Part shown: piece after piece, positions 1 to 8,448 of the stretch
Numbering within the stretch: position 1 is the stretch's first letter
How the letters are laid out: each line of letters opens with the position of its first letter
Source: a virus
Lineage: Duplodnaviria; Caudoviricetes
Reading direction: 5' to 3' (one strand)
Virus record (IMG/VR): IMGVR_UViG_3300005711_000021
Span: 1 to 64,000 of that record
Length of the DNA: 64,000 bases
The notes under the pieces: generated by a model
Told to the model about the DNA's origin: nothing
Databases searched by the model: none
The model's input: the letters and a program-made list of their open reading frames with translations, nothing else
Position numbers and translations under genes: made by a program

Positions 1-14
1 TTTATTGTAATCAT
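1..14 (-). CDS. 5' start of a gene running off the left edge (partial)
   Basis: Minus-strand ATG at 14-12 preceded by SD AGGAGGT (26-20). Confidence 0.4.
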
Positions 15-189
15 TTATTACCTCCTGTATAAGCAAGGTACATCGCTAGTAATTCTTTGTCTAAAACAATGCAATGGGTAGCATCACCTCCTTTCATATA
101 GATTTTTGTGTGATAGTTTTTAGATATGAATTTTGTCATATTGTGTGTGATTTCCCCTTATGAATTATGTGATTACAATAAATGTTTAG

Positions 190-277
190 TTTTAAACAGG
201 TCTTGTAAAAGGAGGACCTCTAATTAAGATAGAAGTTATAAATTGATTAATAGCTTTTCTACAAGACCTGTTTAAAA
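190..277. repeat. 18-bp perfect inverted repeat with 52-nt spacer
   Basis: ttttaaacaggtcttgta (190-207) is the reverse complement of tacaagacctgtttaaaa (260-277); it overlaps the stop of ORF 272-1033. Confidence 0.8.
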
Positions 278-1033
278 ATCCGCTTCAATAAACTCTGTTA
301 ACACTTTAAGGTTATCAGATAATAATTCAGGTTTTAATAAATCTTCTTCAGTGACACCAACAATCCTAAATAACCAAAATTGTTGTTCTGGTGTTAACTT
401 CATAAATGCATCACCATTTAGCTTACCTGTTTTCTTATCTTTAATAGCTTTAAACAGTTTATTGTAGAACTTGCTATTTGTTTCTTTAACGACTTCTTCT
501 TGTTCTTCTTTAGGTTTAGCCACAAGTAATACAGCCGCTTCAGATAATGAACGAGTAATCTTATCGTCAATCTTTACATCTTGAGATAAAGAATTACTTG
601 GTTCTTCATACTTAGCTGTTAATTGAGAAATCTCTAATAGCATTAAAGATTGAAGTTCTGAAAAATCTTGATGTGTTTTAACTTTGCTTAAATAGTTATC
701 AGCAATGTTAGCAAGCAGTCGCTTCTTTTTATTTTCTAATTCTATTGCTTCTGCTTCCTCTAACCTCATCTTGCAGTATTTTCTTACTGCTGCCCATGGA
801 CCAGTTGATTCATCAAAACGTTCAAACATCTCAGAGCACATGTCTAAGATTCTTTCTTTTATGATGCGAACATCTTCTGGTTTAATAAAATAATCTCTTA
901 AAGAGAGTTCTTCATTAAAAGCTTCATTTGCTAGCTTACGTTGAAATGCTTTTAAATCAGAAACAGTATCTGTTACTGCACCATACTTTGCCATCCTTCC
1001 TATGATTGTTGCTTCTCTTTCTACAATACTCAT
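272..1033 (-). CDS. hypothetical protein (helical, 253 aa)
   Basis: Long ORF with SD GGAGGAGG upstream; no recognisable motif. Confidence 0.8.
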   Translation of the reverse strand: MSIVEREATIIGRMAKYGAVTDTVSDLKAFQRKLANEAFNEELSLRDYFIKPEDVRIIKERILDMCSEMFERFDESTGPWAAVRKYCKMRLEEAEAIELENKKKRLLANIADNYLSKVKTHQDFSELQSLMLLEISQLTAKYEEPSNSLSQDVKIDDKITRSLSEAAVLLVAKPKEEQEEVVKETNSKFYNKLFKAIKDKKTGKLNGDAFMKLTPEQQFWLFRIVGVTEEDLLKPELLSDNLKVLTEFIEADF

Positions 1034-1035
1034 AG

Positions 1036-1209
1036 TTAATCCTCCTCCATGATACCTGCTTTTCTTAACAGGTTTGTTCTTAAGCAGTCAGCGATCGTAT
1101 CTGACTTAATCATCTCAGTTGTCTGCATGAAGTACTTTCTTACATTCTCATGATCGTTACTGTTAACCATAACATCATGATCTTCTAGATTGAATATTAT
1201 AACACCCAT
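1036..1209 (-). CDS. hypothetical protein (~57 aa)
   Basis: Start moved from the track position to ATG 1209, which follows SD AAGGAGGTGA. Confidence 0.7.
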   Translation of the reverse strand: MGVIIFNLEDHDVMVNSNDHENVRKYFMQTTEMIKSDTIADCLRTNLLRKAGIMEED

Positions 1210-1234
1210 CTTTTTCACCTCCTTTGTTATAATG

Positions 1235-1263
1235 TTCAAAAAAATAGAGAGCCTAAGCTCCCT
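1235..1263 (-). terminator. intrinsic terminator, copy 1 of a repeated element
   Basis: Minus strand reads GGGAGC-TTAG-GCTCTC then a T run; 18 bp (1235-1252) are identical to 2315-2332. Confidence 0.7.
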
Positions 1264-1266
1264 ACT

Positions 1267-1770
1267 TTAGTACTTCACACTATAGTCTTCTTGTATATTC
1301 ATCATATACATCATCCATATGTAATCTAACTCTATCTTCAATGCCTTCTCCTGTATTGGTGTTAACTCTGGAAAAGGTAATTTATAAAAACCTAAGAAAT
1401 GATTCATTATAGTAGAACCATCTAATTGTACTGGTACTACATATGTACCTGGTACGTACTCTCTACCATACACTCTAAAGGTATGTTTTAATTGTATATA
1501 CTTCTCACCATACTTCGTTTGCAATACGATGTCCTTACCTTTTGCGTCATCTTCTTTATTTATATGTATGTTGAAGAAGTAACTATCGTTATAACGTTGA
1601 AAGATACCAAGCATATGACACATAGCTATTTCTACTATGTGTCCATTTCTTATATTAGGATTGTTTCCTAACTGTACAACACCTGCACCTTTTATACTGC
1701 CATTTTTACGAGCTTGTTGTTTATAAAAAGTAAGTTCTGTTAAAAATATCTTTTTCTCTATTGCATTCAT
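1267..1770 (-). CDS. putative PD-(D/E)XK-fold nuclease
   Basis: Motif order G-H-I-V-E (helix), GKDIV, YIQLK fits the E...D...QxK variant of the restriction-endonuclease fold. Confidence 0.5.
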   Translation of the reverse strand: MNAIEKKIFLTELTFYKQQARKNGSIKGAGVVQLGNNPNIRNGHIVEIAMCHMLGIFQRYNDSYFFNIHINKEDDAKGKDIVLQTKYGEKYIQLKHTFRVYGREYVPGTYVVPVQLDGSTIMNHFLGFYKLPFPELTPIQEKALKIELDYIWMMYMMNIQEDYSVKY

Positions 1771-1811
1771 CTTCTGTATTCCTTTAATTTAAATTAGTTA
1801 GTATATTGTAA

Positions 1812-2255
1812 TTAGTTAGCCATACGTTTTTCTATTTCACAAAGCATATCATAAACAGCTCTTCTATCTATACCAACAGCGTCCATTAGCATATGCATTT
1901 TATTTCTAGGACGCATTCTTTTTCTTTCTTTCTTACCTACTTCATGAGCTTCTTTTAATACTTGATATGCTTGTTGTTTTATTTCAGTTTGTTGTCTGAA
2001 CTCTGATATCTTAGTATTAATTCTGTTGATTGCTTCTTCAACCTTTTTATCCACCCATTCTTCTTCAGCCATGTAATCTGCAGCTACTACTTCATATTGT
2101 ACATCTACTGCTTCTTCTACTACTGTTGATTCATTTGTAACAGATGTTGCTGATGTATCACGTAGCTTTTTGTAAACAAAATTAAGACCTTTATTTGTTT
2201 CTACTGCTACTACTGTTTCGATAAATCCGTTTGCTCTTCTCATTGATGTTTTCAT
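1812..2255 (-). CDS. hypothetical protein with coiled-coil C-terminal half
   Basis: ORF; likely start is ATG 2255 after AAAGGA (track start is 2303). Confidence 0.75.
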   Translation of the reverse strand: MKTSMRRANGFIETVVAVETNKGLNFVYKKLRDTSATSVTNESTVVEEAVDVQYEVVAADYMAEEEWVDKKVEEAINRINTKISEFRQQTEIKQQAYQVLKEAHEVGKKERKRMRPRNKMHMLMDAVGIDRRAVYDMLCEIEKRMAN

Positions 2256-2314
2256 GATGTTTTCCTTTCGTATGTTAGTTTTTATTGGCTCACTAACAAC
2301 CATTATAATATTAT

Positions 2315-2344
2315 TTCAAAAAAATAGAGAGCATTAAGCTCTCC
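2315..2344 (-). terminator. intrinsic terminator, copy 2 of a repeated element
   Basis: GAGAGC-TTAAT-GCTCTC then a T run on the minus strand. Confidence 0.7.
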
Positions 2345-2483
2345 ATCTTCTTATTAATCTTGCTATTAAAAGCACAATAGGATTCTTTGTTTCTTTGTAT
2401 CCATATCTTTTTAATTGTTCTACTTCTTGTTGCATTTGTTCATTTGTTACTTGTTCGAAATTAATTGATTTTACTTCCCACAT
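2334..2483 (-). CDS. small hypothetical protein, 49 aa (MWEVKSINFEQ...LIRRWRA), not in the ORF track
   Basis: Translated by hand; SD AGGAG upstream; the stop lies in the terminator loop. Confidence 0.6.
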   Translation of the reverse strand: MWEVKSINFEQVTNEQMQQEVEQLKRYGYKETKNPIVLLIARLIRRWRA

Positions 2484-2741
2484 TTTAAGTCTCCTATGAC
2501 AGTGGCATGACGTTGCATGTTATTCCAATCTGTCGCCTTTGTTTTGATGAGATACCCAGGGCTAATATTCTTACTCAAGAGTAACATCATATATATCTAG
2601 TCCCCCTAGAAATTTTTTCAATTTTTCATTTTACATATGGAGTTTTCAGAATATTTTTTTCATTTCACTATTTTAGTAAGATAGTTTATTATTAACGGTA
2701 TTAAAAGGTTATAAAAATAAAAAAATGGAGGATTTTTATTA

Positions 2742-3014
2742 ATGACAAATTTTTTAATTAATAATGATATATTGGCACAAGGTGAAATGACAGTTCAACA
2801 GCAACTTATTGATAATAAAATCTTAGTAACAGGTATTATGGAATTAAATACATATATTGATGACATCGTACAAATAGATACTGAATATTTTTTTATTGAT
2901 AATGTAACAGTAACAAAAGAGATATTTGGAACAAGTGAAAAGAAAGTAGTTTACGAATTTATCGGAAGCGTTTTTGGGATAGATAAAGAAGCTTTTAATA
3001 AGAAAGGAGAATAA
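2742..3014 (+). CDS. hypothetical protein
   Basis: ORF with SD GGAGG; first gene of the plus-strand region. Confidence 0.75.
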   Translation: MTNFLINNDILAQGEMTVQQQLIDNKILVTGIMELNTYIDDIVQIDTEYFFIDNVTVTKEIFGTSEKKVVYEFIGSVFGIDKEAFNKKGE

Positions 3015-3017
3015 ATT

Positions 3018-3728
3018 ATGTCAGATATAAATGAAATGATTGATGAAGCAATGGAAATAGAATCCGCTTCCGCCGCAGAACTTGCTGAAATAAAAGCAAG
3101 AAGAGAAGCATTAGAATCTAATGTAGGAAATGTTTGGGGACATTCAAGTTTAGGATTAGAAGCTAAAAGAGCGGCTATGACTATGTTATCAACTAAACAC
3201 GGAATGTATGCAAAAATACCTTTAGTATGTAAAGCACAAGAATGTCCATATAGTGAAAGTTGTTTAATTTTAAAATATGATTTAGCTCCATATGGAGAAC
3301 CATGTCCAGTAGAAACTGCTGAGATAGAAGCTCGTTATTCAGGATATTCTATGGATTTTGATATTGAAGGAGCAAGTTTTACAGATAGAGCTTTAGTATC
3401 AGAAATTATTAATTTAGATATTATGATAGAAAGATGTAAAGCTTTAATGAGTAAAGAAGGTGTACCTATTGTAGATGTAGTAGCAGGTATAGATGAAAAT
3501 GGAAATGTTTTAATGCGACCTGAAGTAAGTAAGGCAGTAGATGCATATGAAAAGTTTACAAAGAAAAGAAATGAAATTTATCAATTAATGGTAGCTACTC
3601 GTAAAGATAAGAAAGTGGATACAACAGAAGATATTGGTATACATACAATTATTGCTCAAGCAATTGATGCTGATGAAAATGGTGGTTTTGTTATTGACGA
3701 AAGACCAGAGGCATTTAAGGGGGAGTAA
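3018..3728 (+). CDS. Cys-cluster protein, candidate terminase small subunit
   Basis: CKAQECPYSESC...CP motif, helical body, position upstream of terL. The function is inferred from position only. Confidence 0.4.
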   Translation: MSDINEMIDEAMEIESASAAELAEIKARREALESNVGNVWGHSSLGLEAKRAAMTMLSTKHGMYAKIPLVCKAQECPYSESCLILKYDLAPYGEPCPVETAEIEARYSGYSMDFDIEGASFTDRALVSEIINLDIMIERCKALMSKEGVPIVDVVAGIDENGNVLMRPEVSKAVDAYEKFTKKRNEIYQLMVATRKDKKVDTTEDIGIHTIIAQAIDADENGGFVIDERPEAFKGE

Positions 3729-3731
3729 TAA

Positions 3732-4322
3732 ATGAATTTAGTAGATAAATATTTAATAGAATGTGTAGCGAATCGTAATTATAATTGGTGTACTCAAAAC
3801 TTATACATAAATGTAGACCAACCTTTTCTTCCTACATCTGGACAAGAAGAAATTTTATTAACTCGTGATAATGTAAAAGCATTTTTAATGCCGAGAGGAT
3901 CAGGAGCATCAACAATTATTGCTATGGATGCAATAACAGAAGCTTCATTAAATCCTATGAGTGAAGTTATGATATTTGTTCAAAATCAATTAGCAGTTTC
4001 TCAAATGTTAAAAAGAATAAAAGATATTTTAAACTATTCTTCTATAGAAACATTAAAAACGTCATTAAGAACAAATAGAGATCATATCTTATTAGATAAT
4101 CAATCAATTATAAAAATAGTAACACCAAATCCAGCTTGTTATGTAGGTTATCGTCCAAATGCAATGTATATAGATAATTTCGATATGATTAATAGCGAAG
4201 ATCTAAGTAATATCTTTAATAGATTGATGTATAGAACAAACAAAGTATTAATTATTGGAAACAATGTTAATAGCTATGAAGCAACTCAAAGAATTGTAAA
4301 CATCAATCAAAATCAAATTTAA
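3732..4322 (+). CDS. degenerate terminase-ATPase-like protein without nuclease domain
   Basis: Aligns by eye with the TerL N-domain: PRGSGAST (Walker A lacking Lys); GYRPNAMYIDNFDMI versus TerL GQRADAIYLDEVDYM. Confidence 0.65.
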   Translation: MNLVDKYLIECVANRNYNWCTQNLYINVDQPFLPTSGQEEILLTRDNVKAFLMPRGSGASTIIAMDAITEASLNPMSEVMIFVQNQLAVSQMLKRIKDILNYSSIETLKTSLRTNRDHILLDNQSIIKIVTPNPACYVGYRPNAMYIDNFDMINSEDLSNIFNRLMYRTNKVLIIGNNVNSYEATQRIVNINQNQI

Positions 4323-4336
4323 AGGAGGAAATAACT

Positions 4337-4666
4337 ATGAGTGCTAGTTGGAAGTCAGAAGCTGCAGAAAAATTACTAAATAATAGTGTGAAAAAACTAC
4401 ATTCAAATCAAGCTATTAATAGTGCTTTTGAATTTGTTGGTCAAGGTGCTGCCAATGCTTATCGATTTGGTAAAGAAGCTATGTCTAACCCAGATGGTAT
4501 TGTAGCAGCTGCTGAAACAGTATTTAAAGATGGTGATGCTTGGAACTATGGAAGAATTGCAGGTTCTTATATTGCAGTATCAAGTGCTGCTCGTATTGCT
4601 ACTGGAGGTGGCTTAACTCGTGATCGCAATGGTAATAATAACATTATTGGTATTCCTGGAATCTAG
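4337..4666 (+). CDS. small Gly/Ala-rich protein, possible internal virion protein
   Basis: SD AAGGAGG; hydrophobic segment IAGSYIAVSSAARIATGGG. Confidence 0.65.
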   Translation: MSASWKSEAAEKLLNNSVKKLHSNQAINSAFEFVGQGAANAYRFGKEAMSNPDGIVAAAETVFKDGDAWNYGRIAGSYIAVSSAARIATGGGLTRDRNGNNNIIGIPGI

Positions 4667-4681
4667 AAAGGATAAAAAGCG

Positions 4682-5344
4682 ATGGATGCATTAAAGAAAG
4701 TTGGAATGATTGGAGCTATAAGTACAACAGCTGCTTTAACTGGTGCGGGTGCTGGCATAGGTTATGTCGGTGGTGCAGCATGGGGTGGTAATACACCAGG
4801 TTCAGACATTCAAAAAAATGCAACAGTTGGTGCAATAGGTGGAGCAGCATTAGGTGCTACAGTTGGTATAGTTGGCGGAGTTGCTGCAATGAATCCTGTA
4901 AAAACTGCATCTGTTGTTGGTGGTGCTGCTTTAGGAGTTGCAGAAACAGCAGGAGCAGGTATTATAGGTGGAGCTGAGATTGCAGGTGCAGGCATAATAG
5001 GATTTACAACAAAAGGAGTTGCTCCTCTTGCTGTATATGGAGCACAAAAATATGCAAGTATTGGAGCAGGTGCTGTAAAAGGTATTGATAAGTTATTATT
5101 AAAAGATGATTTAAGAGAGTCTAATCTTTTAGGTAAAAAGTTAAACTTAGCAGGAAAAGGATTAGTTTATGGTTCTGCTTTAATGGCAGGAGCGAAAGAA
5201 GCTTTTAATGATTTTAATAGCAATCGCATGGGACAACGTGATGGACAAATTACTCGTGCAACACCTAGAACACCATCTTATGCAAATAATGCTGGAGCAA
5301 CTGGTGATTTAGTATTTGCAATGAATCGTAATAGAAGGGGGTAG
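4682..5344 (+). CDS. glycine-zipper hydrophobic protein, possible ejected or membrane-inserting virion protein
   Basis: Many GxxxG repeats in hydrophobic stretches (VGAIGGAALGATVGIVGGVAA). Confidence 0.65.
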   Translation: MDALKKVGMIGAISTTAALTGAGAGIGYVGGAAWGGNTPGSDIQKNATVGAIGGAALGATVGIVGGVAAMNPVKTASVVGGAALGVAETAGAGIIGGAEIAGAGIIGFTTKGVAPLAVYGAQKYASIGAGAVKGIDKLLLKDDLRESNLLGKKLNLAGKGLVYGSALMAGAKEAFNDFNSNRMGQRDGQITRATPRTPSYANNAGATGDLVFAMNRNRRG

Positions 5345-5349
5345 ATTTT

Positions 5350-5826
5350 ATGAGCGTTAGTTCTCAATTAGTAAAACGTAATGCAAAAAAAGGTATAAAA
5401 AAAGGAACAGAAGAAGCTGCTAAAAAATCAGGTTCTTTACTTGGGACCGCATTTAGTGTTGGTATGCCATTATACTTTGGTGCACAAGAATATAAGTCTG
5501 CACGAGAAGAAGGTAATGGTGTATTAATGTCAGGAGCTAGAGCTGTTGGTGATTTTGCTGTATCAGAAATGATGGGGTGGGGTTATCTAGGATTACAACT
5601 TGCTCCTATGATTCCAAAAGCAGCAGTAGGTGTTGCTGAAGGATTAAATACTATGTCACGTAATATGAATCGTGCATCAGTACAAGGTCCATTTTCAAAT
5701 GCAACATTTAATGATACACAACAAACTTATACAATGAGACAAGCAGGTATGCAACTTGCTCAAGCTAGTAAATATAACTTACAGCAAACACTTATGGGTA
5801 ATGAAGCTCAATATCTAAAATATTAA
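5350..5826 (+). CDS. hypothetical protein, possible internal virion protein
   Basis: ORF with amphipathic and hydrophobic helices. Confidence 0.65.
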   Translation: MSVSSQLVKRNAKKGIKKGTEEAAKKSGSLLGTAFSVGMPLYFGAQEYKSAREEGNGVLMSGARAVGDFAVSEMMGWGYLGLQLAPMIPKAAVGVAEGLNTMSRNMNRASVQGPFSNATFNDTQQTYTMRQAGMQLAQASKYNLQQTLMGNEAQYLKY

Positions 5827-5844
5827 GAAAGGAGGAAAAACTAA

Positions 5845-6984
5845 ATGGCAAGTTTAACAGATCAAGAATTAACAGGTTACAAGCCATCTGATAGTGGTAG
5901 TGGTATTCTAGTTCCAGAGCAGATAAAAATACAACAATCTAATAGAACTCAAAAAATGTTACCTTCTGATATTGCTCAAAAGAAAAAAGAACTTAGAAAG
6001 AAATTAGAAGGCGTTGAAAACAAAACTTATCATTATAAACAACAAAAAGAATATGAAAAAATATTCTCTGAAGAAAATCTAGATAATTTCTATAATTCTC
6101 CTGCAAAAAAATATGCTAGATCAAAAGAAGAAAATATTAAAGCTACTGATAAGATAGAAGAAAAAAGAATAAAAAATAGAGAAAGTAGAAAATCTCAAGC
6201 AGAGTTTGCTCACTCTAACGGATTAGATAAAAGAAAAACTAATGATTATTTTGAAGCATTAAAAACAAATCCTACCTTATCAAATGACAAAGATTTTGTT
6301 AATTATATGAATACGCATCAAGGAGAAAGTGGAACTAACTATGCTTCAGGTTATATCGGTCAAGAAACATTAAATAAAAAGATGTCTGTTCAACAACAGA
6401 ATGATCTTAAAGAGCGTATTAAATCCAGTCGAGCAGAAAAAGAAAAAATAATTGCTCAACAAGAAAGAAGCGGTTTTGTTGAAGCGACTCCTGGAAAAAA
6501 AATGCGTAACATGGAAGAAAGAATCGCTTATCAAAATTCTGATAGAGGAAAGGCAGAAAAACTACTTAAGTCCAGAGATGAAAATGGTGTATTAAGATAT
6601 GATATAGGTTCACAAGTTTATAACGACGTTGAAAAGCAAGTTGGACCTAGACCATTAGATCCTGATTTGCCAGATTATGATTATTCTCGCCTAGAGAAGA
6701 TTGTAGGAAAAGACAAGAAGATGCAAAAAAAGATTGCTAATTTAAAAGCTCAAGATGCTGCAGAAAAAGCAGCTAGAGAAACAGCAGAAAACGTAACTGA
6801 AGCAGCAGGTAAAGCTGTTAAAAATAATGCTGAGGATGCAGCAAAAAAACTTACTAAAACAAAAGTTGGACGAATTGCAGCAGCAGTGGGTGTAGGAGCT
6901 TTAGTAGTAAGTAATATGAATAAGAATAAAGGACAGCAACCGAATGGTCAACTTTATGGCCAACAAACGCCTTATAGTTATTAA
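5845..6984 (+). CDS. K/E/Q-rich protein with C-terminal hydrophobic helix
   Basis: SD AAAGGAGG; C-terminal segment RIAAAVGVGALVVSN. Confidence 0.7.
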   Translation: MASLTDQELTGYKPSDSGSGILVPEQIKIQQSNRTQKMLPSDIAQKKKELRKKLEGVENKTYHYKQQKEYEKIFSEENLDNFYNSPAKKYARSKEENIKATDKIEEKRIKNRESRKSQAEFAHSNGLDKRKTNDYFEALKTNPTLSNDKDFVNYMNTHQGESGTNYASGYIGQETLNKKMSVQQQNDLKERIKSSRAEKEKIIAQQERSGFVEATPGKKMRNMEERIAYQNSDRGKAEKLLKSRDENGVLRYDIGSQVYNDVEKQVGPRPLDPDLPDYDYSRLEKIVGKDKKMQKKIANLKAQDAAEKAARETAENVTEAAGKAVKNNAEDAAKKLTKTKVGRIAAAVGVGALVVSNMNKNKGQQPNGQLYGQQTPYSY

Positions 6985-6999
6985 GAGGAGGTTTTTCTT

Positions 7000-7206
7000 A
7001 TGGCAATAACTAAAAAGTTATCAACCGTAGAGGCAAAACGTATTCAAGAAATTATGCAAGACCCTGTAAAATGGGCACAAGTCTTTGTAACAATTTTTGA
7101 TAATGCTGCCAAAAAGAAAACGCCTTGGATTGCACGATGGTATCAAGTAGAAATGCTTAGAGACAGAAGTCTCAAAAAAGTAGCTCGATGTGGTAGACGT
7201 ACGGGT
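7000..7206 (+). CDS. terL: terminase large subunit, exon 1 (69 codons)
   Basis: Q-motif WYQVEML and the first part of Walker A (RCGRRTG); joins KTET at 8549. Confidence 0.9.
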
Positions 7207-7490
7207 AAAGTGTTTTGCCCATATGCCACGAATTGACGGGGAAAGGCTTAGAGCTCTTTCTACTAACTTATGATGGTGACATACATAAGGGCGTTGCTAA
7301 TCACAACGATATAGTAAAAAAGAAAGAGATTGTTTAATCCGCAGCGATGTATCTTAAAAAGGTTTGGGAGAGCTATTAAATTTTTAAGATAAGCGTTCAG
7401 AGACTACCAGCTTAGCTGGCGATATAAAAAGTAATTTTTATGTTGGGTGTGGCACTTTCAAAATCATATAATTCCTAAAGGAGAGACTTT

Positions 7491-8006
7491 ATGTTATTCA
7501 AAAAAACAAGAAATTTAAAAGACAAAATTTTTAGCACAACAATCGATTTTGTTGATTTTGGAGAACGTGATGACTTAGGAGAAATTAAGCAAGACTCTAA
7601 AGAAAAAGAGCAAGATTTAGTAGATAACTTTGGAGCACCAAAAATTTCAGTAGGAAAAGAATTTACAGGTCATGCACAAGTAGAAGATGGAAAAGTAAAA
7701 CTTGTAGCGTATACAAATGGTTTAAAAGAAACATGTATTAGTTTTATTCTTTCTGATAAAGAACTTGATGTAACAACAGGATTTTCTGCAGGTATCTCAG
7801 TAGATGCTAAAAAAGAAAAAGCTGTAGAAGGTAAATTAACTGCTGAACAAGTAGCAGAAGCTAAATGTTTAATTTTTGAAGAAGAAATTAAAAAACGTTT
7901 AACAGCAGCTATTGAAGGATTAAAAGCTAAATATACTGCATTTGAATTAGAAGAGCTAGAAGAAATTGCAATTCCTGTTCCTCCAAGCATAAGTCATTCT
8001 CATTAA
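7491..8006 (+). CDS. intron-encoded protein A (no homing-endonuclease motif)
   Basis: SD AAAGGAG; 171 aa, acidic; lies between P3' and J8/7 of intron 1. Confidence 0.85.
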   Translation: MLFKKTRNLKDKIFSTTIDFVDFGERDDLGEIKQDSKEKEQDLVDNFGAPKISVGKEFTGHAQVEDGKVKLVAYTNGLKETCISFILSDKELDVTTGFSAGISVDAKKEKAVEGKLTAEQVAEAKCLIFEEEIKKRLTAAIEGLKAKYTAFELEELEEIAIPVPPSISHSH

Positions 8007-8031
8007 TTAAAACTTTAAAGGAGGTAATTAT

Positions 8032-8448
8032 ATGCAATTAAGAATTAATACAAGTATAAAAAAATCTATTATTACAGTAGAACTTGAAACAGTTAACTTT
8101 TGTGCAATAGAAGATAAAATGCTTGATCAATTTGGAGAACCTGTATTTGATTTTGAAAAAATGTATCAACAAGAATTTCCTGTAAGCATACATAAAAAGA
8201 TTAGAACAAACTTTAAAGTTAAAGTTAGATTCGATGGCACTAAAGATATTGATAAAGCATCATTAGCTGTTAACGAATTTATCGATGATATTAAAGAAGC
8301 TTTACCATTATTAATGGAAACATTCATGGATAAAGCAGAAATGATTGATTTAAATGCTGGAACAGAAACAGTCAATATTATTTCTCACTATCATCCTAAT
8401 CAATACAGTAATAATCCAAGACATCCTGATATAGGATACTATCATTAA
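8032..8448 (+). CDS. intron-encoded protein B, apparent paralogue of A
   Basis: SD AAAGGAGG; EDKMLDQFGEP resembles EQDLVDNFGAP of protein A. Confidence 0.85.
   Translation: MQLRINTSIKKSIITVELETVNFCAIEDKMLDQFGEPVFDFEKMYQQEFPVSIHKKIRTNFKVKVRFDGTKDIDKASLAVNEFIDDIKEALPLLMETFMDKAEMIDLNAGTETVNIISHYHPNQYSNNPRHPDIGYYH

Noticed and set aside
18-95. Possible very short minus-strand ORF after the SD at ~85-93
   Set aside because: The ATG is too close to the SD and gives only 7 codons; the alternative TTG start is unsupported.
7491-8448. Intron ORFs as HNH, GIY-YIG or LAGLIDADG homing endonucleases
   Set aside because: None of these motifs is visible and the proteins are acidic; a remote nuclease fold cannot be excluded without a profile search.
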